Shown here: positions 15,187-22,088 of the stretch, in pieces | Numbering within the stretch: the stretch's first letter is position 1 | How the letters are laid out: every line of letters begins with the position of its first letter | Source of the DNA: Nevskiaceae bacterium | Lineage (GTDB): Bacteria > Patescibacteriota > Saccharimonadia > Saccharimonadales > UBA4665 | Length of the DNA stretch: 24,000 bases | Direction of reading: 5' to 3' | Assembly (NCBI GenBank): GCA_035526505.1 | Contig: DATLCF010000001.1 | Span: 133,144-157,143 of the forward strand | Program-made: the position numbers and the translations under genes | The notes under the pieces: model-generated | What the model saw: only the letters and a program-made list of their open reading frames with translations | The model's database searches: none | Told to the model about the DNA's origin: nothing

Positions 15187-15615
15187 ATGGATCTGAAATC
15201 AAAAAAGAAGCTGCTTATCATCCTAGCTATCGTTGTGGTGGCGCTTATAGCATCTTTGCTTTTTATAAAGCACCAAGACAACCAAAAAGGAAAGGCCACC
15301 CAAACTGGCGGCGACTATAGCCCGGTTAAAACCCAGGTGGTATTCCACGACTCCAATAAGCTGTACGAGGCCCTGCGTAGCGACGAAATCGACACTTTGC
15401 GAGCCAAACTAGCCGATCAACTCCAAAATAAGTACGGCGAGGGTACCTACGATGTCCAGGTGGTTGATGACAAATTAAACTATACACCGAGCGAAAGCGG
15501 TATACCCCCCTCGTTCAGTCTCACTATTACCGTAGATGACAAGCCGACAAAGTTCCAGGTTGACGTTGACATGTCTAGTGGCAAACCGGTATTTACTATC
15601 AAGTCAGAGACGTAG
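15187..15615 (+). CDS. Small N-terminally membrane-anchored protein, last gene of the T4SS operon (function unknown)
   Basis: 142 aa. TM is KKLLIILAIVVVALIASLLFI, followed by a ~100-aa beta-rich-looking domain. SD-like GGGGGCAGG lies upstream. Confidence 0.55.
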   Translation: MDLKSKKKLLIILAIVVVALIASLLFIKHQDNQKGKATQTGGDYSPVKTQVVFHDSNKLYEALRSDEIDTLRAKLADQLQNKYGEGTYDVQVVDDKLNYTPSESGIPPSFSLTITVDDKPTKFQVDVDMSSGKPVFTIKSET

Positions 15616-16662
15616 CTAACGGGAAACCGAAATACTATTGCTGGTGCTAAAATGCTGGGCTACAACGTCGGCATCCGTGGTGGTAATGAATGTTTGGTAT
15701 GGCTGCACAAAACGGGTAAGGGCTTGGCGGCGCTTGCTATCCAACTCGCTAAATACATCATCCAGCAGCAGCATAGGCTTGGCACCACGCACGGTTTCTA
15801 GCTGGCGCAGTTCCAGTAATTTGAGTGCCAGTACCAGTGTGCGGGTTTCGCCGCGCGAGGCAGCCTCCTGAGCCGGATGGCCGTCTATATATACCGCAAG
15901 ATCGTCGCGGTGCGGGCCATAGGCGGTAAAACCGCGCAATACATCCAGATCGGTGCTGTGCTCCAGCTTGCGTAGCAGTTCGCTTTCGTAGTTATCGGGG
16001 CTAAAGCGCGAGACATACTGCAGATCGATACTGTTGGCCTGGTTGGCAATATTGCCATAAAGCTCGCTTATTTGCTGGTTAAACTGCGTAACCAAATCGT
16101 GCCGCAGCCGGGCAATTCGACCACCCAGTTCGCTTAAACGCACATTCCATACAAATAGCTGCTCGTGCAAGTCGCGCGGATTTTTTTTGAGCAGACTATT
16201 GCGTTGGGACACCACCCGTCGGTAGTGGCGACGGGTAGCACCAAAGGTGGGTTCAGTTTGTTCAATTAAGTCATCCAAAAAATTCCGGCGTAGTTCCGGC
16301 GAGCTGCTTAACAGCAGCAAGTGGTTTGGTTCAAACAATACCACTGGCAGTATTTTGGACTGATGCAGGCGGGCCAGCGGCTGCCCATCAATCTCAAATG
16401 ACTTGCTGCCCGCCTGCAGCTTTACTACGCGGCTGTGCGTGGGCGTATGTACGTCCAGGCGGGCCCACGATGCCCCAAACCGCACCAGCTCTGCATCTTT
16501 CGCACGATACGAACCACCCCGGCTGGCGACCAACACTGCTTCCAATAAATTCGTCTTGCCGCTAGCATTGGGGCCCACAATAATATTCACACCGGGCGCA
16601 AATTCAAATAACGAATCATCATACGATCGAAAGTGTTGTAGTCTAATATCGGTAATAGCCAT
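15616..16662 (-). CDS. recF: DNA replication and repair protein RecF
   Basis: 348 aa. ITDIRLQHFRSY ... IVGPNASGKTNLLEA (Walker A) and C-terminal LLLDDVFSELD (Walker B/D-loop). Canonical position downstream of dnaN. Confidence 0.92.
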   Translation of the reverse strand: MAITDIRLQHFRSYDDSLFEFAPGVNIIVGPNASGKTNLLEAVLVASRGGSYRAKDAELVRFGASWARLDVHTPTHSRVVKLQAGSKSFEIDGQPLARLHQSKILPVVLFEPNHLLLLSSSPELRRNFLDDLIEQTEPTFGATRRHYRRVVSQRNSLLKKNPRDLHEQLFVWNVRLSELGGRIARLRHDLVTQFNQQISELYGNIANQANSIDLQYVSRFSPDNYESELLRKLEHSTDLDVLRGFTAYGPHRDDLAVYIDGHPAQEAASRGETRTLVLALKLLELRQLETVRGAKPMLLLDDVFSELDSKRRQALTRFVQPYQTFITTTDADVVAQHFSTSNSISVSR

Positions 16663-16665
16663 TAG

Positions 16666-17025
16666 CTAGTAGTCCTTAGCTGATAGCTTAGCTACAAAAC
16701 CGCTAAGAAGCCGGCCAACCTCCTCGGTTTTAGCAATAAGCACCACTTGCTTATCGGCATGTACGTAAGAAAGCCTTTCGGCGATAATGAGCATCGATTC
16801 AACCTCGGCTGTTGATCCTTTTGCAATGAGTAGAAATTGACGGAACGCCTTATCGCTTCTCCTTGCATAGCCCTCAGCAATATTGTTCATTATTGAAATG
16901 CTGGCACGCTGTATTTGATCTCTAAAACCAAAGTCCCTTATATTACCAAACGTTCCATAAATATCAACCGTAAGTTCGCTGGCTTTCTGCCACACCACCA
17001 GGTCTTTAAACGACTTTGTACTCAT
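16666..17025 (-). CDS. Four-helix-bundle protein of the 23S rRNA intervening-sequence (S23 ribosomal / Avd-like) family
   Basis: 119 aa. FKDLVVWQKASELTVDIY ... RDQIQRASISIMNNIAEGYARRSDKAFRQFLLIAKGSTAEVESML matches the family hallmark pattern. Confidence 0.85.
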   Translation of the reverse strand: MSTKSFKDLVVWQKASELTVDIYGTFGNIRDFGFRDQIQRASISIMNNIAEGYARRSDKAFRQFLLIAKGSTAEVESMLIIAERLSYVHADKQVVLIAKTEEVGRLLSGFVAKLSAKDY

Positions 17026-17052
17026 GGCTCTAATTCTATCAGCTACGAGCTA

Positions 17053-18144
17053 TCAGCTTTTTAGCGGCATAATAATGTGGGTGTAATCGCTGGCGGCCGG
17101 GTCTTTAATAACTGTTGGTTCCAGCTTACCGTTAAAACAGAAAGCAACTTCGTCGCCACCCAGGGCATGCAAAGCATCTAGTAAATAGCGTGAATTAAGC
17201 GTGATGTCGCCGGTGCCGGTTACTTTGGCAGTGGCTTTGGCAGTGTTTTCACCCAACTGCGAGGCTACCGAGCGAATACTGACCTCCTGGGTTTCTTCGT
17301 CCACATGGATAGTAATACTACCGGCGCTTTCGCGGGCAAACAGGCTGGAAACTTTGGTTACATTTAGCAAATCCGCCCGTTTTAGTGTGGCATTCGTAGC
17401 AAAACTGGCCGGGATTAGTTTGCGGTAATCCGGGTATTTGCCTTCGATCAGGCGGGCAACCAGATCAACATCGCCAACCCGGAATAACACTTGCTGGTCA
17501 TCGCTGGTTACTTCTACGTCATCTTCAAAATCGTTCACAATACGCAGCACATCCTGCATAGCCGATACCGGTACCAACAGCTCTACAGCTTCGGCAACCT
17601 TGGCTAGTTCTTTTTCGGCCAAGCGGTAGCTGTCGGTGGCAGCAATGTATAGTTTGCCGTCGGTAGTGTGCATATATATACCGGTCAATACCGGGCGGGC
17701 CTCGTCACCGGAAGCCGCCATAACAACCTGTTGCAGAGATTTCTTAAGCAGTGGCCCAGATACTTTCCATGTTTTGCCATCGGTAATTGCCGGCATTACC
17801 GGAAACTCCTCGGCCGACACACCATTAATAACCGACTGGTATTGGTCGGTGGTAATATCCAGTTTGTAATCATCCAGCTTGAGGTCAATCACGCCGGACG
17901 GCAAACTACCCACAAAATCTTGCATCAGGCGGGCAGGGACGGTGATCGAGCCCTCGTCGGCCACCTTGGCGCCAATATAGTGGGTAATGGCAATATCCAA
18001 ATTAGTTGCTGCTACACACAGGCGGTTGTTAACGGTTTTAATAAGCACGTTAGCTAGTACGGGCAGGGTACCGCGGGCATTAGCTACGCGGCCGACAGTG
18101 CCGAGTGCTTTGTTAAGATTTTCCTGGGTGACCTGTAATTTCAT
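17053..18144 (-). CDS. dnaN: DNA polymerase III beta sliding clamp
   Basis: 363 aa. MKLQVTQENLNKAL ... PVLANVLIK ... C-terminal PLKS tail. AGGAG SD lies upstream. Located between dnaA and recF. Confidence 0.93.
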   Translation of the reverse strand: MKLQVTQENLNKALGTVGRVANARGTLPVLANVLIKTVNNRLCVAATNLDIAITHYIGAKVADEGSITVPARLMQDFVGSLPSGVIDLKLDDYKLDITTDQYQSVINGVSAEEFPVMPAITDGKTWKVSGPLLKKSLQQVVMAASGDEARPVLTGIYMHTTDGKLYIAATDSYRLAEKELAKVAEAVELLVPVSAMQDVLRIVNDFEDDVEVTSDDQQVLFRVGDVDLVARLIEGKYPDYRKLIPASFATNATLKRADLLNVTKVSSLFARESAGSITIHVDEETQEVSIRSVASQLGENTAKATAKVTGTGDITLNSRYLLDALHALGGDEVAFCFNGKLEPTVIKDPAASDYTHIIMPLKS

Positions 18145-18408
18145 AATATAAGAGCTCCTAATAATTACTTATTAATATATGTAGTAGTCATAGTTATAGG
18201 CCATGTGGACAGCGGGGATAACTGGCCAGATAACAGATGGAAAAAGCTGTTTTTGGACGTGGGATAACTGGTGGTTTTGGGGTGCATGCAAAGCGGTATA
18301 AGCGGGCGATTGTACCCAATGATTGTCCGCCCGACACGTCCGGTTGCGCACAAATAGTGTTCGGGCACACAGGCCGCCAACAGTATATTCACTGCTTTTG
18401 CACAGTTT
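18145..18408. other. Candidate oriC segment, dnaA-dnaN spacer: AT-rich stretch plus DnaA-box-like motifs
   Basis: Unusually long (264 nt) spacer for this genome. AT-rich at 18145-18200. Motifs: TGTGGACAG (18204-18212), CGGGGATAA (18213-18221), GGGATAACTGG repeated at 18215-18225 and 18261-18271, and TTTTGCACA (18396-18404). Confidence 0.5.
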
Positions 18409-19776
18409 TTACGCATACAATTTTTCCTTTATTTCCGAAATAGCGCCTTTAATATCGCTGTCCAGCCGCGATTCTTTGGCGATTTTTTCAACCGAATGGA
18501 TGGCAGTGGTGTGGTCTTTGCGCCCCAGCTCGCGGGCAATTTTAGGAAAGCTAAGGTGCAGCTCGTTCCTGAGCATATACATGGCGATTTGTCGCGGCAC
18601 TACAATGTCTTTGTCACGCTTGGGGCCCAAAATATCTTCCATGGGTATTTGAAAATGCCGGGCTGTGCGTTCGATGATTTGCTTGGCGCTAATGTGCTTG
18701 GGCCGGGCTTGCGACGCTCCCAACAGGCTGGTGGCTATACCCATATTGGGCTCCAGGCCGCGCATTTCGCAAAAGGCCAGCAGTTGGTTAAGCGCGCCTT
18801 CCAGTTCGCGAATATTGGTTTGCACATTGGTGGCCAAATATTCGACCACATCGTTTGGTAGTTCGGTGCCGTGGGTATGGGCTTTGGTTTGCAAAATGGC
18901 ACAGCGGGTTTCTAGGTCTGGGTTTTGCATATCAATGCTCATGCCCCAAACAAAGCGCGAACGCAGGCGTTCTTCCAATGTGGGGATATCGCGCGGCGGC
19001 TTATCGCTGCTGATAATAATTTGCTTGCTTGCCTGGTGTAGGGCGTTAAAGGTATGAAAGAATTCTTCTTGCACCTTTTCTTTGCCGGCAATAAACTGCA
19101 CGTCGTCCACAATAAGCACATCGGCGCCGCGGTAAAAGTCGGCAAAGTCGGTATTTTTTTTGTAGCGCAAAGCATCGACAAATTCTTGTAGGAATTGTTC
19201 GCTGGACACATACACGACGCGGGCGCTTGGTTTGTTAGTCAGCACCGTGTTGCCAACAGCCTGGATAAGATGTGTCTTACCAATACCCACACCGCCGTAC
19301 AGGAATAGGGGATTATACTTGGTGCCCGGCTGGACAGCCACCGCCTGGCAAGCAGCATAGGCTAGTTCGTTGCCAGAGCCAACAATAAAGTTTTCGAATG
19401 TATAGCGGTCGTTCAGGCCCTGGCGGTAGGTGTGGGCCAGAGTGTTAGGCTGAGCTTTGGGGCTGGCAGTCGCCTTGGCGCCTGGTGTCGGCCGCAGCAT
19501 GGCAGGCTCATCATCGTTTTTGGCATGGGCCAGCGCAGAGTGGATTTTGTATTCGACGCGCACAGGCACGGTACCGTTCTTTTTAAGTGTTTCAACAATA
19601 AGGTCGTTATACTTGCGTTCCAGCTGTTGCTTAATAAAGACATTGGGTACGCCAATAATGACCAAATCGTCTGTCGAGCGTAGCAGGCTGGTGTTTTTAA
19701 ACCAGGTCACGTAATTGCCACGCGATACAGAAAGTTCAATCTCCCCCAAAACTGCTTGCCACAAGCTGTGCTGCAT
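18409..19776 (-). CDS. dnaA: Chromosomal replication initiator DnaA; start placed at the ATG at 19776
   Basis: AAA+ motifs NPLFLYGGVGIGKTHL and LIVDDVQF, plus the C-terminal DNA-binding helix DHTTAIHSVEKI. The ORF-track start at 19797 is a GTG. GAGAGGG precedes the ATG (MQHSLWQAVL). Confidence 0.93.
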   Translation of the reverse strand: MQHSLWQAVLGEIELSVSRGNYVTWFKNTSLLRSTDDLVIIGVPNVFIKQQLERKYNDLIVETLKKNGTVPVRVEYKIHSALAHAKNDDEPAMLRPTPGAKATASPKAQPNTLAHTYRQGLNDRYTFENFIVGSGNELAYAACQAVAVQPGTKYNPLFLYGGVGIGKTHLIQAVGNTVLTNKPSARVVYVSSEQFLQEFVDALRYKKNTDFADFYRGADVLIVDDVQFIAGKEKVQEEFFHTFNALHQASKQIIISSDKPPRDIPTLEERLRSRFVWGMSIDMQNPDLETRCAILQTKAHTHGTELPNDVVEYLATNVQTNIRELEGALNQLLAFCEMRGLEPNMGIATSLLGASQARPKHISAKQIIERTARHFQIPMEDILGPKRDKDIVVPRQIAMYMLRNELHLSFPKIARELGRKDHTTAIHSVEKIAKESRLDSDIKGAISEIKEKLYA

Positions 19777-20094
19777 TGCTGCTGCGCCCTCTCTCACTAC
19801 TCAGGTTATAGCCCTAATATAGTGGAATGTTTCAGACTTTTCCACACATTTTAGAAGGCTACACATAAACTTTGCCAACCACGCAATAGCTGGGTTAAGT
19901 TATGCACAGTAAGCAATCCAATCTGTTAATCTGTGGAAAATACTTGGCGAAACGTGGAAAACTTGCTAGGATTAGTGGGTTAAATATTGTTATTTTCACT
20001 AAAAATAACATCGATTAATACAACAAGCACCATTGTGTGCGGCCAGTGCGTGCATTTGCCCGCCACTACCGTATGCTGTAAAGTGAGAACAGTT
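19777..20094. other. Candidate oriC segment / divergent dnaA-rpmH control region with a DnaA-box cluster
   Basis: Boxes: TTTTCCACA (19838-19846), TTATGCACA (19900-19908), TGTGGAAAA (19932-19940) and CGTGGAAAA (19953-19961). An AT-rich block at 19981-20030 contains a 9-bp inverted repeat. Confidence 0.55.
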
Positions 20095-20232
20095 ATGCCA
20101 AAACGAACCTACCAACCCAAAAAACGCCATCGCGCCCGCGAGCATGGTTTTATGAAGCGCATGGCCAGTCGTGCCGGCCGCGCGGTATTACAGCGCCGCC
20201 GCCAAAAAGGCCGCCAGCGCTTAACACACTAG
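20095..20232 (+). CDS. rpmH: 50S ribosomal protein L34
   Basis: [45 protein letters not shown], 45 aa. The upstream extension in the ORF track is rejected. Confidence 0.95.
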   Translation: MPKRTYQPKKRHRAREHGFMKRMASRAGRAVLQRRRQKGRQRLTH

Positions 20233-20268
20233 ATAGCCCCCTAAAGATATAGTGGGCGAGGGCTACGA

Positions 20269-20673
20269 ATGATCCATCAAACACATAGGTTTCACGGCAG
20301 GGGCAGCTTCCGGTTTGTGTATCAGCACGGACAGACAGTACGTGGACCGCTGTGTACGCTCAAATTTATCCGCAATAGTCGTCGGGACACCTACCGTGTG
20401 GCAGTGGTGGTTAGCCGCAAGGTACACAAATCTGCCGTGGTGCGTAACCGCATTCGCCGCCGCATGTACGAGGCGGTACGCAAACAGGAACCAGCCATTA
20501 CCAGGCCCTATGACCTGGTATTTACGGTATTTAGCGACCAACTGGCTACTATGGAGGGCCTGGACCTGCAACAGATGGTGTGTCGGCAGCTGCAGGACGC
20601 CAAGGTTATAGATACCAAAAGCGCCCTGCCAGATGCGGCCAGCCATGCTATAGTAAAACCCAAGGAGCGCTGA
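20269..20673 (+). CDS. rnpA: Ribonuclease P protein component
   Basis: 134 aa, basic. Contains VSRKVHKSAVVRNRIRRRMYEAVR (the RNR-box region). Canonical rpmH-rnpA-yidC order. Confidence 0.88.
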   Translation: MIHQTHRFHGRGSFRFVYQHGQTVRGPLCTLKFIRNSRRDTYRVAVVVSRKVHKSAVVRNRIRRRMYEAVRKQEPAITRPYDLVFTVFSDQLATMEGLDLQQMVCRQLQDAKVIDTKSALPDAASHAIVKPKER

Positions 20674-20674
20674 T

Positions 20675-21628
20675 ATGTTTACGACCCTCATTGTCCAGCC
20701 CATCTTTAATTTGCTGGTACTTATTTATGCAGTATTGCCCGGGCACAATTTTGGCCTGGCAATTATTATTTTCACCATCATTGTACGCCTGTTGATGTGG
20801 CCGCTCGTTAAAAAGCAGCTGCACCAAACCAAAGCTATGCGCAAGGTCCAGCCAGAGCTAAAGCGCATCAAGGCAGCAGCCAAAGGCGATAAGCGCAAAG
20901 AACAGCAAATGATGATGGAACTGTATAAAGAGCGGGGGATTAACCCGTTCGGTTCTATTGGGGTGCTGATTTTGCAAATCCCCATTTTGATCGGCTTGTA
21001 TATTGGGTTAACCAAAGTGGTGCATGATCCGCATGCGCTGATCAGCTTCTCGTACCCGGCACTACAGGATTTGGGCTGGATGAAAGAGCTGGCCAGCAAT
21101 ATCCACCGTTTTGACAGCACCCTGTTTGGTGTAGTTGACCTGACCCGGCCGGCCTTGGGGCCAAAGGGCACCTACATGCCGGCCTTGCTGATCGTGATCG
21201 GCAGTGCGGTTATTCAGTATTACCAAAGCAAGCAGCTGATGCCCAACGACAAGAACGCCCGCGGCCTGCGTACTATCCTTAAGGACGCCGGCGGGGGCAA
21301 ACAGGCCGACCAAGCCGAAGTTAATGCAGCCGTAGGGCGCAGTACCCGGTACTTGCTGCCGGCCATGATCTTTATTTTTACCGTAAACATTGCCTCGGCT
21401 CTGAGCCTGTACTGGCTAGTGAGCGGCCTGGTGGCCTATATTCAGCAAAGCATTGTACTGCGCGAAGACACCGAAGAAATGGAGGCCGCTGCCGATAAGC
21501 CAACCCCCGCAGACCGCGAAAAAAATGCAGTCGAAGCCGAAGTAATCACCCAACCAAAACCCAAGAAAAAGGCAGTCGCCAAATCCAAATCTTCCCGAAG
21601 CACCACTAAGAAACGGAGGAAAAAATAG
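20675..21628 (+). CDS. yidC: Membrane protein insertase YidC/Oxa1, short Gram-positive-type, with a Lys-rich C-terminal tail
   Basis: 317 aa. GLAIIIFTIIVRLLMWPLVKKQ ... PELKRIKAA ... INPFGS ... SLYWLVSGLV. The C-terminus is KPKKKAVAKSKSSRSTTKKRRKK. AAGGAG SD upstream. Confidence 0.9.
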   Translation: MFTTLIVQPIFNLLVLIYAVLPGHNFGLAIIIFTIIVRLLMWPLVKKQLHQTKAMRKVQPELKRIKAAAKGDKRKEQQMMMELYKERGINPFGSIGVLILQIPILIGLYIGLTKVVHDPHALISFSYPALQDLGWMKELASNIHRFDSTLFGVVDLTRPALGPKGTYMPALLIVIGSAVIQYYQSKQLMPNDKNARGLRTILKDAGGGKQADQAEVNAAVGRSTRYLLPAMIFIFTVNIASALSLYWLVSGLVAYIQQSIVLREDTEEMEAAADKPTPADREKNAVEAEVITQPKPKKKAVAKSKSSRSTTKKRRKK

Positions 21629-22077
21629 TGGAAGACGCAATCCGATTTGCAAAGAAATACCTGGAAGATTTGCTGTCGTTTTTTGGCCTGAACACCGACG
21701 TGCATGCCACGAGCGAAGATGACGTTATCGAGCTGGAGGTGCCCAGCACCCATCTGAACGGCTTCTTAATTGGCCAGCGCGGCGACAACATGCGCGCCAT
21801 GCAGTTTCTAACCAGTAATGCGCTTAAAAACAACGGCTTCGAATATACCCGCGTGAATGTGGACATTGCCGAATATAAAAAGCAGCGCGCCGACCGTTTG
21901 GCCAAACGCGCAGAAGACTGGATGAAACAGGTAAAAGAAAGCGGTGAACCCATGGACCTGCAACCCATGAACGCTGCCGACCGCCGCACTGTACACAAAC
22001 TGGCCCAAGAATACGGCGTTACCAGCGAATCGGTCGGTGATGGCCGCGACCGCCATATTGTGCTTAAAACAGCCTAA
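21628..22077 (+). CDS. jag: Jag/KhpB-type RNA-binding protein (KH + R3H domains); GTG start
   Basis: 149 aa. KH-like LIGQRGDNMRAMQFL and R3H MNAADRRTVHKLAQEYGVTSESVGDGRDRHIVL. GGAGGA SD. TAGTG overlap with the yidC stop. Confidence 0.85.
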   Translation: MEDAIRFAKKYLEDLLSFFGLNTDVHATSEDDVIELEVPSTHLNGFLIGQRGDNMRAMQFLTSNALKNNGFEYTRVNVDIAEYKKQRADRLAKRAEDWMKQVKESGEPMDLQPMNAADRRTVHKLAQEYGVTSESVGDGRDRHIVLKTA

Positions 22078-22088
22078 CTCAATAGAGC

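Noticed and set aside
600-15615. Integrative conjugative element, plasmid remnant or genomic island
   Set aside because: No integrase, relaxase, coupling protein, tRNA target, direct repeats or obvious compositional break is visible. The locus is flanked by housekeeping genes. This cannot be fully excluded without the sequence left of the window.
16666-17025. Diversity-generating retroelement, because the four-helix-bundle protein is Avd-like
   Set aside because: No reverse transcriptase and no template/variable repeat pair is present anywhere in the window.
18165-18416. 83-aa minus-strand ORF in the dnaA-dnaN spacer
   Set aside because: It overlaps the dnaA stop, has no SD, and its composition is odd. 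The region is better explained as oriC/regulatory DNA with DnaA-box-like repeats.
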